Shown: piece after piece, positions 35,990-47,459 of the stretch
Numbering within the stretch: the first letter of the stretch is position 1
How the letters are laid out: each line of letters opens with the position of its first letter
IMG/VR virus record: IMGVR_UViG_3300028734_000012
Span: 64,001 to 128,000 of that record
Source: a virus
DNA length: 64,000 nucleotides
Reading direction: 5' to 3' (one strand)
Position numbers and translations under genes: made by a program
Notes under the pieces: model-generated
What the model was told of the DNA's origin: nothing
Seen by the model: only the letters and a program-made list of their open reading frames with translations
The model's database searches: none

Positions 35990-37233
35990 GTTATTATGAT
36001 ACCTTTTTATCAGTTAATAAATCTCCAAAAGAGTTTTATTTAAACCAAATACAAGAATTAGTAAATGGACAATTTGATAATGCTTCAACAGTTCAAAGTG
36101 ATGTTGAGGAAGAAATTGAGTTTGGTACTTTAAGTTTTGTTCCATGTGAAAGTAGAATTACCAGTCTAATTGATGTAAAAACTGGTAAAAAGAACAATGA
36201 TGATTTTAAAAAAATTCTATTTAGAGATGTTACACACCAACCACCATTAGGTACAAGATACAGATTTGAAGATAATATTTGGATTGCTTATGCAACTGAT
36301 AATATAAAAAGTGCTACATCAAGCGCTTATTTACAAAGATGTAATTGTACAATGAACTCACAGGATAAGTACGGTAATATTCACGAAGAGCCATGCTATG
36401 TAGATTATAATCTGATGGAAACACAATTATTAACTAATATACAATTGGATGTTCCAGCAGGAAGAATCGAAGTAAAATGTCAATTGAACAAATATACAAA
36501 AGATGTTGATGTTAATGCAAGGTTTATTTTTGGGGATGACGTTTATAAACTAAGAAGCAGAAGTAAGCCAAATAGACTAAATACTTTTGATAAAGATTCA
36601 GTCACATTTTTATCATTTTATGCTAATTATGACAATAAAGCAGAAGATGATAATTTTGATTTAACAGTTGCAAATTACAAGACATATAATTATGTGATAT
36701 CTTGCCAATCTAATATTAAGAATACGATTGGGGCTAAAGATACATTAAAATCAACTGTTTATTTAGATGGTATAGAAATTGAAGAAGATGTATTATGGTA
36801 TTCATCTGATGCTAGTATCATTGAAATTAATGAAGTTACTGGCGAATATACGTTAGTTGGTTTAGGTATTTGTAATGTTACATGTAAGCTTAAAAATAAT
36901 ATCATTTTTAACACTTCTATAAAAGTAGAGGTTGTTGATGTTATCATTGATAGTTACCATGATGCCATATTACCTAATATTACATATGTTAAGTTGAATC
37001 AGAAACAAACTTATGAAGTTTTTGAATATAACAATGGTATCCCAACGGACACTACGTTTACAATTAATTCATACGATGTTCCAGATAAAAATTATCATAT
37101 TGATACCACATTAAACGGGTTCTCAATAACTAATTTAAAATCTACAAAAGATGTATTACTAAGAATAGTATGTAAAAATAATAGGACTTCTGAACTTAAT
37201 ACACTTTTAATCGAGTTAGGGGGATTGTTTTAA
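35986..37233 (+). CDS. head-closure/neck protein with Ig-like (Big_2) domain
   Basis: WYSSDASIIEI...G...G...VT Ig motif; AAGGTG RBS before ATG. Confidence 0.6.
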   Translation: MSYYDTFLSVNKSPKEFYLNQIQELVNGQFDNASTVQSDVEEEIEFGTLSFVPCESRITSLIDVKTGKKNNDDFKKILFRDVTHQPPLGTRYRFEDNIWIAYATDNIKSATSSAYLQRCNCTMNSQDKYGNIHEEPCYVDYNLMETQLLTNIQLDVPAGRIEVKCQLNKYTKDVDVNARFIFGDDVYKLRSRSKPNRLNTFDKDSVTFLSFYANYDNKAEDDNFDLTVANYKTYNYVISCQSNIKNTIGAKDTLKSTVYLDGIEIEEDVLWYSSDASIIEINEVTGEYTLVGLGICNVTCKLKNNIIFNTSIKVEVVDVIIDSYHDAILPNITYVKLNQKQTYEVFEYNNGIPTDTTFTINSYDVPDKNYHIDTTLNGFSITNLKSTKDVLLRIVCKNNRTSELNTLLIELGGLF

Positions 37234-37829
37234 TGGCTTATTATGCAGAACTTGGTGATATTATTAATAATGTCATTGCAGAAAAATTGCTAAGAAATCA
37301 AACAATATGTAAAGCTTTAAAATATTATCCTACTGAAAACTCTATTGATTATAACCCTTTAACTCAACCAGACATTTCTGACACAAGGTCTCTTCTTATG
37401 GATAAAATTTTTCCATTACCAAAGATGCCAAATTCAGATACAGAAAAACATGGATATGTTACCGTCACTTTAACTGGTGGAGATTCCGCTTATGATAATC
37501 AAGGATATCGTTATGTTAATTTAGTATTTGATATTATTTTTCATCTTGATACTTGGTGTACACAAGCAGGATATAGACCATATCTAATTGCAGAAGAATT
37601 AGACAAAATGTTTAATAACCAACAAACCGATTTACCAATAGCAAATAGACCGCTTGATTTAGGATTTAAACAAAGAGACTATTCTAACTATTTTTATGGT
37701 TTACAATTAGTGTATCAACTTAGTTTAGATAGTAATGTGGGTTGTGGGACTACCCCTGTGGCATCACAAGTAGATATTACAATGAATCAAAGACCTAGTT
37801 TTTTACCAAAGAATCTAAATCTTAGATAG
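37233..37829 (+). CDS. tail terminator/completion protein (putative)
   Basis: FDI..H...W....RPYLIAEELDKMFN; synteny. Confidence 0.55.
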   Translation: MAYYAELGDIINNVIAEKLLRNQTICKALKYYPTENSIDYNPLTQPDISDTRSLLMDKIFPLPKMPNSDTEKHGYVTVTLTGGDSAYDNQGYRYVNLVFDIIFHLDTWCTQAGYRPYLIAEELDKMFNNQQTDLPIANRPLDLGFKQRDYSNYFYGLQLVYQLSLDSNVGCGTTPVASQVDITMNQRPSFLPKNLNLR

Positions 37830-37839
37830 GGGTGATGTT

Positions 37840-38724
37840 ATGGAAATGAGTACGTTACGTTTATTATATGGAGATGGGTTAAAATTAATTAATGGTATTG
37901 AGGTTAAACACCCTAAATTATCTGATATCGTAGAGTTAGAAAGAAAATGTATAAGTGATAATGATTATAATTATAATGATTACATAAAAGCATTAACTTC
38001 AACACGAATAGATGTTGCAGATATTTTATGGTGTGAAATGCAAATCTGGTACGAGGATATAAAAACTGAATGGGAATTTTTTATACAGAAATGTATATTA
38101 AACAAAAAGGTTATGAATATATTTTTTGAAGCTGAACTCGATGGGAAGATTATAAAAGTTGAAAAACAGGCTGTTGCAATAGATAAAATATACAGAGATG
38201 CTTTAAATTTCTTCCTTGGATTAAGCGGAGAATATGTACTATTAGATATTAATGAAACCGATATACCACAAATTGTACTTTGTAATGTACAAGAAAACAA
38301 ACTTAAACAATATATTGTTAGCAAAGATAATGTAAAATTTACAGAAAACCTATACGACACTACCCTTAAATATTTGAAAAAAATAAATTGGATAACTAGT
38401 GAATATATGTTCTTAAAAGGTGGAAGTAAAGGTGCTAAACAATATATTTTAAAGAATCAATATAAATCAAGAACAAAAATTAAAGTAGATAAATATTATG
38501 TTTCATTAGATAGTATTATCTCGTCTGAAATTGCAAAGGGTACAAGGTATCAAGACATAAAAGAGTATCCAATATATTTAATCTATGATTTATATTACAG
38601 AAATGTAAAGATAAATGAATGGCAAAATACAATGGATGCATTACATAATGGATGTATAGATACCGAAAAGAACCCAATTGAATGGGAAAAAGTCAATTGG
38701 GGGAGCGTTATAAACTTAGATTAG
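37840..38724 (+). CDS. conserved tail-region protein
   Basis: Synteny. Confidence 0.6.
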   Translation: MEMSTLRLLYGDGLKLINGIEVKHPKLSDIVELERKCISDNDYNYNDYIKALTSTRIDVADILWCEMQIWYEDIKTEWEFFIQKCILNKKVMNIFFEAELDGKIIKVEKQAVAIDKIYRDALNFFLGLSGEYVLLDINETDIPQIVLCNVQENKLKQYIVSKDNVKFTENLYDTTLKYLKKINWITSEYMFLKGGSKGAKQYILKNQYKSRTKIKVDKYYVSLDSIISSEIAKGTRYQDIKEYPIYLIYDLYYRNVKINEWQNTMDALHNGCIDTEKNPIEWEKVNWGSVINLD

Positions 38725-38774
38725 TAAGCGAAAGCTTTACTATATATAAATTATTTATGAGGAGGAATTTGATT

Positions 38775-39605
38775 ATGGCTATTCTAGCTACACCTAAAAA
38801 GTTTGCTATGCAACAAGTTTTTGAAATTTTACTAAGAAAACCTGTCGATAAAAGCATTATCGCTTATTTAACAGATACTAAGACTTCTGGACTTGAGAAT
38901 ACTATCACAATGGTTTATCCTACTGGTGGTAGAGGTAATACATACATCGGAACTGGTTTTGGACATTCAAGAAAGGCTACTTTAAAAGTAACCCTTGCAA
39001 CTTGGAATACCGATGTTCTTGCTGTACAGAACGGTACAGAAGTATTTACTGGTAGTACCAATATTACTTGGTATGACACAATTCAAGGCGGTACAGGCAA
39101 AACTTTTGCCACTAAATTTACTGCTATTGGAGCAACTGGTTCAGAAATTGGTAGTTTGTATAAACTAGAACAAGATGGTACATACGGTACTAAGTTCACA
39201 CAAGCTACTACTGCAACTACTGGCACATTCACATATGCATCTGCTACTAAGGCTATTTCATTTGCAACTGCTGATGCTACTGCTCCTGCTGTTGGGGATT
39301 ATATCGCTTGCGCATATACCTATAAAACATCTGCAACTGCTCAAAAGATTACAGTTAATGCGGATGGTATTCCACCAACAGTTCTTGTTTCAGCTTATGG
39401 TGTTGCAAGAGATACATGTACTGGTGAATTGTTCCCTGCTGTTGTAGAAGGACAAGCACAAGTAGATGGTAACTGGAACTTCGATTTATCAGCAAGTGGA
39501 GAACCAGTTGTTCAGAACTTAACAATGGACTTTGTAAGAGGATGTACAACAAAAGAATTATATTCATTTACAATTTTCGAAGATTCTAGCGAAGCAACTG
39601 TTTAA
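38775..39605 (+). CDS. major tail tube protein
   Basis: GGAGG RBS before ATG 38775; Thr/Ala-rich beta protein; V...GGRGN motif; followed by a terminator. Confidence 0.75.
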   Translation: MAILATPKKFAMQQVFEILLRKPVDKSIIAYLTDTKTSGLENTITMVYPTGGRGNTYIGTGFGHSRKATLKVTLATWNTDVLAVQNGTEVFTGSTNITWYDTIQGGTGKTFATKFTAIGATGSEIGSLYKLEQDGTYGTKFTQATTATTGTFTYASATKAISFATADATAPAVGDYIACAYTYKTSATAQKITVNADGIPPTVLVSAYGVARDTCTGELFPAVVEGQAQVDGNWNFDLSASGEPVVQNLTMDFVRGCTTKELYSFTIFEDSSEATV

Positions 39606-39635
39606 TTAATTTTAAACTACTAGATAAAAATTTAT

Positions 39636-39670
39636 CCCACACAGACATTTGTCTGTGTGGGTATTTTTTT
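39636..39670 (+). terminator. intrinsic terminator
   Basis: CCCACACAGAC-loop-GTCTGTGTGGG followed by TATTTTTTT. Confidence 0.85.
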
Positions 39671-39693
39671 TATGAATTAAAAGGGGATATGAT

Positions 39694-41544
39694 ATGAAAA
39701 TTTCTGCAATTACGATTACTAAAAATGAAGCTTCTAATATCGAAAATTCCATCAATAGTTATAAAGACGTTGTAGATGAAATTATCATAGTAGATACTGG
39801 CTCAACTGATAATACTAAAGAGATTTGCACCAATTTAGGGTGTAAGGTGATAGATTACGAATGGGAGAATGACTTCTCCAAAGCAAGAAATTTCGCAATC
39901 GAACAAACAACATGTGACACTATTTTATTCTTAGATTCTGATGAATTCTTTGAATATAAATTAGACAATAATTTCAGAACAACTGTTGAAGATGTTCTGA
40001 ATAGAGGATATAACGGTATCAAATTCTTGACTAAAAATATAGATGAAAGTTCACGAACTATTATCAATAACAGTTATGGATTAAAACTATTTAAAAATTT
40101 AGGATTTAGATATGATAGAAAAATACACGAAGTACTAAAAGACTGTGATGAGAAATTAAATACAGTCACCGTATTAGGATATGACCTTATCCATACTGGA
40201 TACAAAAAAGACGTAGATTTAGATAAATGTAAAAGAAATTTAGATATTCTCAATAAAAGTTATGAGAATAAAGAGTATGACACAATTGACTTATTCTATT
40301 TGTCAAGAGAAAATCTGGCAATGTCAAATTATGAATTGGCAGATGAGTTTTGTGATAAATTCTTAGAATCTGATGATTTACAAGATATATTAGCTACATC
40401 TGATATTGCATATTTATCATACTTTTATAAGTATTATATAATGCAAAAGTTAAACTACTATAGCGATTCTGATTTAAAAAATCAATTACTTAAAATTGAA
40501 TCACTTTATCCAAATATTCCACAAACATACTATGAACTTGCTATATTTGAAAAAAGTTCCGATTTAAATAAAGCTATTGAATATTTTAGAAAATGTATAA
40601 AACTTAATTTAGAATTTGAGAATGAACATAAGTTAACAAACAATTTTGGAAATTATGAACCAAATATTTACCACACAATGGCAGAAATTGAATTTATATT
40701 AGACAAAAGAGATGAAGCTTTATCACATTGTATTGTATCATGTATGTTAGATAGACATAATTCTGATTTTCTAGGGTTACTTTTAAAATTAGTAAAAAAT
40801 AAAGATACAATGAAAATAATTGACACATTAAATAAAGTGTATCAACCAAAAACTACAAGTGATTATGAATTTTTAATTGATTCACTTGTAAACACTCAAC
40901 TTTATGGTGTATTCATAGAATATACAATGAAGTATAATATTGAACATAATGGTGGAAGTAATCTTGTATTTTTTGCTATGATTTTAAACACACAGACAGA
41001 TTTATGTATAGAAACTGTACTAGACATATACGAGAAAAAAGGTAACGAATATAATCTATTTATAGCATCATTGGCTATTATGTATAATAACGATATCGAT
41101 TTATATTATGCTTATAGAAATAGATTATCTATAATCTATAAGAATGCTTTAGATTATTACTTTGGTAAAACAACAGATATAAGTGAAGATGATTATAGCG
41201 TTTTTATTAATTTATATGATAGATTGATTTATTTAACAAAAAAAATAAACTACATACAAGATATCGATATGGAAAAGATATCTCAAAAACAGTTAATGAA
41301 AATATTAAATACATTAGAATCTATCGGAAAATTTAGAGAAGTATATTTATTATCAAATAAATTAATTTATAATGATAGATTTATAGATGTTAGAGATGAA
41401 TTAATTAGCATGATGTTATTCTCTTTATTTATGACTAGAAAATATACATTATTTATTAAATGGCACAATAAGCTAGTATTAGCTGAACATATCACTATTG
41501 ACAAATATTCAAATTTATTAAAAATAGCAACTAAAGATGTATGA
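39694..41544 (+). CDS. GT2 glycosyltransferase with TPR repeats
   Basis: ITKNE, VDTGSTD.T, WENDFSKARN, LDSDE, IHE, H.GY; helical C-terminus. Confidence 0.9.
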   Translation: MKISAITITKNEASNIENSINSYKDVVDEIIIVDTGSTDNTKEICTNLGCKVIDYEWENDFSKARNFAIEQTTCDTILFLDSDEFFEYKLDNNFRTTVEDVLNRGYNGIKFLTKNIDESSRTIINNSYGLKLFKNLGFRYDRKIHEVLKDCDEKLNTVTVLGYDLIHTGYKKDVDLDKCKRNLDILNKSYENKEYDTIDLFYLSRENLAMSNYELADEFCDKFLESDDLQDILATSDIAYLSYFYKYYIMQKLNYYSDSDLKNQLLKIESLYPNIPQTYYELAIFEKSSDLNKAIEYFRKCIKLNLEFENEHKLTNNFGNYEPNIYHTMAEIEFILDKRDEALSHCIVSCMLDRHNSDFLGLLLKLVKNKDTMKIIDTLNKVYQPKTTSDYEFLIDSLVNTQLYGVFIEYTMKYNIEHNGGSNLVFFAMILNTQTDLCIETVLDIYEKKGNEYNLFIASLAIMYNNDIDLYYAYRNRLSIIYKNALDYYFGKTTDISEDDYSVFINLYDRLIYLTKKINYIQDIDMEKISQKQLMKILNTLESIGKFREVYLLSNKLIYNDRFIDVRDELISMMLFSLFMTRKYTLFIKWHNKLVLAEHITIDKYSNLLKIATKDV

Positions 41545-41547
41545 TAT

Positions 41548-41955
41548 ATGAATAATAGAAAATGTCAAAATTGTGGTAATGAATATTATGTTTGTAGGTC
41601 TTGTATATCTATAAATTCTTGGAAAAACGTTTGTTGTACGCAACAATGTTTTAGAAATTTAATGGCTAACTCTGATACAGAGATAAAGCCAATCATTATA
41701 GAAAGTGGAGTGAATAATATGAATGTAGTTTTAAGGGCAGGATTAGTTGGTGGTAAAACAATTGACATTGTTGGATATGACGTAGTGTTAGGAAAGTTTG
41801 ATTGTACCGATGATAAGACAAGGGGATACGATGATTTCGAGTATTTCATTATCCCTAAAGACGAATTACTGGCTATCAAAGAACAAATTTCGGTTTTATC
41901 TACAAGTGAGGTTTCTGCTAAACCGATATCAAAACCTAAAGTTTCAAAAATTTAA
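41548..41955 (+). CDS. Zn-finger hypothetical protein
   Basis: CQNCG..Y.VCRSC...W...CC...C. Confidence 0.65.
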   Translation: MNNRKCQNCGNEYYVCRSCISINSWKNVCCTQQCFRNLMANSDTEIKPIIIESGVNNMNVVLRAGLVGGKTIDIVGYDVVLGKFDCTDDKTRGYDDFEYFIIPKDELLAIKEQISVLSTSEVSAKPISKPKVSKI

Positions 41956-41978
41956 TAACAAAAACATAAATAAACATT

Positions 41979-42037
41979 AAGATAATTAAGTATAAAAAAG
42001 ACAAAATCTTTGAGTATTACTTAATTATCTTTTTTTT
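41979..42037 (+). terminator. probable terminator
   Basis: AAGATAATTAAGTA...TACTTAATTATCTT followed by a T-run. Confidence 0.55.
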
Positions 42038-42097
42038 AAGATTTTTATATAAATAAAAGGTAAATTTTATTTCTAATAGAGAGTAGGTAAGAATATT

Positions 42098-42559
42098 TTG
42101 AAATATAAAAAATACATATGGGGTCTTGATTTATCGTTAAAGAATACGGGAGTTACTATTTTTCAAGATAATAAGCCTATATTTATTGGTAGCACCATGA
42201 CTAAAGATAAACAAACTCACGGTGTTAGGTTGAAACAGATTTATGATTATCTTAGTGAGTTAAAGGATAAATACCCACCTAGCGTTGTCTGTATTGAACG
42301 TGCATTCAGTAGGTTTAATACATCGACCGCAGTTATATATCGCGTACACGGCATTGTTAACCTATTATTTTATGATGTTGAGCAGGTATATTATCCACCA
42401 AAGACAATCAAGGAATCAATTTTAAAAGGCAATGCTACAAAAAAAGAAGTCATGGAAGAAGTTTTGAAATTATATCCAAATGTGACATTTGAAAATGATG
42501 ACCAAAGTGACAGCTTCGCAATTGTAGTAACCTATCTTAATAAAAGTAAGGTGAAGTAA
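42098..42559 (+). CDS. ruvC: RuvC-like Holliday junction resolvase
   Basis: GLDLS..TG, IE, KGNATK.EV, DDQSDS.A. Confidence 0.9.
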   Translation: MKYKKYIWGLDLSLKNTGVTIFQDNKPIFIGSTMTKDKQTHGVRLKQIYDYLSELKDKYPPSVVCIERAFSRFNTSTAVIYRVHGIVNLLFYDVEQVYYPPKTIKESILKGNATKKEVMEEVLKLYPNVTFENDDQSDSFAIVVTYLNKSKVK

Positions 42560-42561
42560 TT

Positions 42562-43437
42562 ATGGGCAGAACTGATAAATTATCTTATGAATATATTAAA
42601 GAACAATTTAATAATGTTGGATATACGTTATTAGGGGATGAGTATATAAATTCTAAGATAAAACTTAGATATAAATGTGAAAAACATCCAGATAAAGAAT
42701 TAAGCATCACATGGAGTAATTTTCAACAAGGGTATAGATGCCAATATTGTAATAAAGAAATAAATAAAAATGAAATAAATTGTTATTCAATTTATGTACA
42801 TATCTTTCCTAATGGTAAATTATACTTCGGTATTACTTCACAAGATGTAGAACGTAGATGGATGAATGGGGCGGGATATCAATCTCAAATATTAATGACT
42901 AGAGCGATTAATAAATATGGATGGGATGATATTGAACACGTTATCTTATATGATAATTTATCAAAGTCACAAGTTTGTAAGTTAGAACAAGATTATATTA
43001 AATATTATAATACGACTAATCATGAGTTTGGATATAACTTTTCAACTGGTGGTGAGGTTGGTAATAGCGGATGTATTAGAAATAAAGAGTGGAGAAAAAA
43101 AATAAGTGATTCTCAAAAAGGAAATAAAAATGTAATGTATGGGAAACACCCCTCAGAAGAAACACGATTAAAACTTAGTATTGCTCGTAAAGGAAAACAC
43201 AAAGGGGCAGAAAGTTGGAACTCAAAAACCATTATTTGTGTTGATACTGGTGAGATATTTTACTCTATAATTGATGCAAGTAATTATTATAAAACAAATT
43301 ATTCTCATATAGGTGAATGTTGCCAACACAAACGTAAAACAGCAGGAAAACATCAATGGGAATATTATGATAAATATATAGAAAAAGAAGGTGGAAATCA
43401 TCGGAAGACAAACCCAGTACAACAAGCAAACGAATAG
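42562..43437 (+). CDS. GIY-YIG homing endonuclease with NUMOD3 repeats
   Basis: IYVH..PNGKLYFGIT, GYN...GG, MYGKHPSEETRLKLS; paralog of 17128-17886. Confidence 0.8.
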   Translation: MGRTDKLSYEYIKEQFNNVGYTLLGDEYINSKIKLRYKCEKHPDKELSITWSNFQQGYRCQYCNKEINKNEINCYSIYVHIFPNGKLYFGITSQDVERRWMNGAGYQSQILMTRAINKYGWDDIEHVILYDNLSKSQVCKLEQDYIKYYNTTNHEFGYNFSTGGEVGNSGCIRNKEWRKKISDSQKGNKNVMYGKHPSEETRLKLSIARKGKHKGAESWNSKTIICVDTGEIFYSIIDASNYYKTNYSHIGECCQHKRKTAGKHQWEYYDKYIEKEGGNHRKTNPVQQANE

Positions 43438-44434
43438 TGATTTATTAGATAAAATTAGTATAGAGAATAAACAAATAATGACTGAATTTTTACAGTATTT
43501 AAAATCAGTTGATAGAAGCGCCACTACAATTCATGGATATGAGAATGATTTACAAATATTCTTTACATGGAATCTGTTGTTTAATAATAACAAGTTCTTT
43601 ATTGATTTAAATAAAAGAGAAGTAATGAGATATCAAAGTTATTTGTTATCAATTAATAATAGTCCTAATAGAATACGTAGACTAAAATCTGCATTGAGCA
43701 GTATGTCAATCTTTATTGAAAATATATTAGATGATGATTATCCTAATTTTAGGAACATCATAAACAAGATTGAAAGCCCCGTTAAGACACAAACAAGGAC
43801 TAAGACTATTGTTACAGCACAAGAGGTTGAAACCGTTCTAAAGTATCTGACAGATAGAGAGCAGTATCTAAAGGCTTGTGTTTTTGCTTTAGCTGTTTGT
43901 AGTGGTTCGCGTAAATCAGAATTAACACGATTTAAAGTAAATTATTTTGATGATAGTAATATAGTCTACGGTTCACTTTATAAAACACCAGAACTAATGA
44001 AAACAAAAGGGAAAGGTTCTCGTGGAAAAATGTTAGATAGATATACATTGGTTAAAGATTTTAAACCATACTTTGATTTATGGATGGCTCAAAGAGAAAA
44101 ACTTGGAGTTGATAGTGAGTATTTGTTTGTTTCAAAAGATGAAGCAACTGGTAAATGGAAACCAATTACAATCTATACTTTAAACAGTATGGCTATTACA
44201 TTTAGTAGAGTACTAGGTATTGACTTCTACTGGCATTCACTTAGACATTTATTTGTAAGTAGATTAATGGCTTCTAATATTCCAGCCGAAATTGTTAAGA
44301 AAATAGTTGGTTGGGAATCAGTAGATATGGTTGGTATCTATAACGATGCTGATATATCTGCCGAACTAGGTAAATATTTTGATGAAAATGGAATAAAGGA
44401 TAATATACAAGAAGGTAGTTTATCCAATTTATAA
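43391..44434 (+). CDS. tyrosine recombinase (integrase family)
   Basis: GSRKSEL, K, HSLRH, GW, Y catalytic set; SAM-like N-terminus. Confidence 0.9.
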   Translation: MEIIGRQTQYNKQTNSDLLDKISIENKQIMTEFLQYLKSVDRSATTIHGYENDLQIFFTWNLLFNNNKFFIDLNKREVMRYQSYLLSINNSPNRIRRLKSALSSMSIFIENILDDDYPNFRNIINKIESPVKTQTRTKTIVTAQEVETVLKYLTDREQYLKACVFALAVCSGSRKSELTRFKVNYFDDSNIVYGSLYKTPELMKTKGKGSRGKMLDRYTLVKDFKPYFDLWMAQREKLGVDSEYLFVSKDEATGKWKPITIYTLNSMAITFSRVLGIDFYWHSLRHLFVSRLMASNIPAEIVKKIVGWESVDMVGIYNDADISAELGKYFDENGIKDNIQEGSLSNL

Positions 44435-44461
44435 TAATAGAAAATAGGGGAGATATATATT

Positions 44462-45109
44462 ATGGCTAATAAAAAAAGCGAGTATGCACACTTTTCAGAT
44501 GTTCATGATAAAATGGTTCAAGTTACAACTGGTTTAATTACTAGAGAACAATTCACTAACTGGTTTAATGAAAATATTACAGTAAAATCATATTTACCAC
44601 TTGCAAGTAAATACGCAATTGTTAATGTGTTTGCAGAAACATTTAAAAATAAAGCATTTAATCAAGGCGATAATAAGAAAATTGATTTAGACTATATTTA
44701 TTTAGAATATGATTTATCTATGATGTTTGATTTACAGTTTTATTATACAAATATTGGTGTAATGCCAACTGATAAAACGACTAAGAATTATGACTTAGTT
44801 AAACAAAGTGGATTATATGATTTGATTAACGGTGCTTGTGAAGGTGATTATGTAGAATTACTTGAAAAATGTGATAGACTTTCTGGCATTCGTAACGTAA
44901 GTATTATGAATGAACTGATAAATATTTTTGATAATTATCCTAAAGTAGAAGAAATCGAAAGAATGAGAGATATTCTTAATAACGAAGTTGATATTGATAA
45001 GCTAAACGTTTTAAAAACTATTGAAACATTTAATAACCCAACTCTTACAAAGATTGTAGAGGGAATTAAATCTGAATCAACAGACGAGATACTTACCAAA
45101 AAGGAGTAA
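44462..45109 (+). CDS. tail assembly chaperone-like protein
   Basis: Position upstream of the tape-measure gene. Confidence 0.45.
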   Translation: MANKKSEYAHFSDVHDKMVQVTTGLITREQFTNWFNENITVKSYLPLASKYAIVNVFAETFKNKAFNQGDNKKIDLDYIYLEYDLSMMFDLQFYYTNIGVMPTDKTTKNYDLVKQSGLYDLINGACEGDYVELLEKCDRLSGIRNVSIMNELINIFDNYPKVEEIERMRDILNNEVDIDKLNVLKTIETFNNPTLTKIVEGIKSESTDEILTKKE

Positions 45110-45114
45110 TAATA

Positions 45115-45627
45115 ATGGCTGATGAAATAACACAGTTTCTAAATGCTAGATTAAAAACTATCGAAGCTAATATGCAATCTGAAATAAAAATTATATTAAT
45201 GGAAACTGGTAATGAAGCCGTAAAGAAAATAAATTCATTTATTTCAGATTGGTATGACAAATATACATATGATGAAAGTGACCCTAACCATTATAAAAGA
45301 ACTAATCAGTTAAGGAACTGTGCAAGATATAGCATAACTGGTAATACTGTTAGAGTTTACATGGATATGAGTAGATTAAGGGCTTCTGCTCAAAATGAAG
45401 GTAAAGGATGGCAAGCACACAGAAGTTTTGATGGTGAAGATTTTACATATGGGTTGATTGATTTTCTTGAAAACGGTGGAGAAGGTAAAGGTTCAAGACG
45501 TAATCCACGTAGGAATGATTTTGGTATCCATTTTTTAGAACAAACACAGGATTGGGTTAATGATTATGTTGCGAAAGAAATAGATAGAAAATTAAGAGTT
45601 TTAGTTAGAATGGACTATAAAAATTAA
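45115..45627 (+). CDS. HK97-gp10-like neck/tail protein
   Basis: YKRTNQL motif. Confidence 0.5.
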   Translation: MADEITQFLNARLKTIEANMQSEIKIILMETGNEAVKKINSFISDWYDKYTYDESDPNHYKRTNQLRNCARYSITGNTVRVYMDMSRLRASAQNEGKGWQAHRSFDGEDFTYGLIDFLENGGEGKGSRRNPRRNDFGIHFLEQTQDWVNDYVAKEIDRKLRVLVRMDYKN

Positions 45628-45654
45628 ATTATATTTTAGAGAGGGGGGATAATT

Positions 45655-47459
45655 ATGGCTTTAGGTAAAGGCTCTAAATACTTACAAGAGTTTGGTGTTG
45701 AGATTGGTGTTGAGGTTAAAGATAAGGATAGTGTAAAGCAAGTTAATCTTATCGTAGACCAACTTAAAGAAGTATTTAAAAATAAATTAGGCGATAACGA
45801 ACTATTCAATTATAAACAAGAATGGAAAAATGTACAAAAATTAACAAGTCTAATCGATGAATTAGGGTCTGGAATGCGTGCAACATTTTTAGGTTCTGGT
45901 TCTAATTTACTTTCTACATTTTCATTAAATTTTGAAAATTTACATAAAGGTATAACAACAGTTCTAATCGATTTCAAGGAAATGATTAGATTAAAAGATG
46001 CGGCTAATGCTGGTGGAGAATTTATTAAAAGTGGAACACCAGAAGTAAATACTACCGTAGTTGATAAGACTAATCCTAAGTACCAGATGAGCGAAGTTAT
46101 AAAGTTATATACAGAATTAAGAAATAAAGCTGAACAATTTGCAAAGCAAAGCGTTGGTTCAGAAAAATGGCAAGAAGCAGAAGTTCAACTAAGTAATGCT
46201 CAAACAAGATTAGATGAGTACATACAAAAACATGAAAAATTAATTGATGATGAAAAACTCCGTTCTACCATATTAAAGAATCAGATTATGTTAAGTGAAA
46301 AACTTAATATGTTAGAAGCAAACAAATTAGATAAAGAAGAATCCACAGAAGCAAAAGATAATTTATCTTTATATAACCAAACATTAGGTATATTAAATAC
46401 TATACATACTACAAAAATAAAACTTGTTACAGCGGATGAAAAATCTAGTTTATTATTAAAAGAGCAATTAAAAACATTACAACAAGAACTATCTAGTAAT
46501 GTTGGTAGTGGTAGATTGACCACTAGTCAAGTTTCAAACGTAAACAGCGGAACAGAAAATAATGACAAAATAGAAGCTAGTTATGCAGGAATTGTTCAAA
46601 AACAAGAGCAATCATTAAAACTAGCTAAAGAACAATCAGCCGCAGAAGATGGCTTAAAGTCCTCTCTCAATTATCAAGTAACTTTAAAAGAAAAAATTAA
46701 TTCAGAAAATGCAAAAAATAATACAGAAGTTGCAAGTGCGTATAATAATCTTTTAGCTAAAGAAGAGATTGTATCTCAAACATATAAATCTCAAATATTA
46801 GATAAACAAAAAATAGTATCACTTGAAAACGATTATTCAGATAAGATGTCTATTGTAGATGCAAAAGAAAAAAGTTTACAAAGAAAAAATACAGAAGAAA
46901 TAGATACTGATAATATTAAAACCGCAATAAAAGCTTACGATGATTTAATCGAAGCTAAAATAAGATTGACAAAATTACAACAACAAAAAGCAAACGATGT
47001 TGTAATCGAGTCAAATGTTCAATCAGTTAAGAAATTGCAGTCTGCTTATACAACAGCATCTTCTGCTGTACTTAAAGACAATTCTGTTGTAGCTTCTAAT
47101 GAAAAAGTTAAGGAATCAGTCATCGAAGCAGACAAAAAATTGCTTGAAGCACAGAATAATATTTCTGACGGATTAAAAAATTCTACTGTTCATGTTTCAA
47201 GTTTTAATAGCAAAATGACAGATATGATTCGGAACGTATTCCAATATAGAATAGCTTCTTCTGCATTCCAAGAAGTAGACCAAGCTATTATGGCAAGTAT
47301 AAAAAAAGTAAAAGCACTTGACGATTCAATGACACAGATTAGATTAGTCACTGGTGGAACAAGTCAAGAAGCACAACAAATGATTGGTACTTATGCTAAC
47401 CTAGCCCTTCAACTACATACTACAACACAAGCTGTTGCAGATGGTTCGGTAGAGTGGCT
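45655..47459 (+). CDS. tape measure protein, exon 1
   Basis: Ends ...VADGSVEW-CT at the U-G pair of intron P1; TP901-type tape-measure core begins here. Confidence 0.85.
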
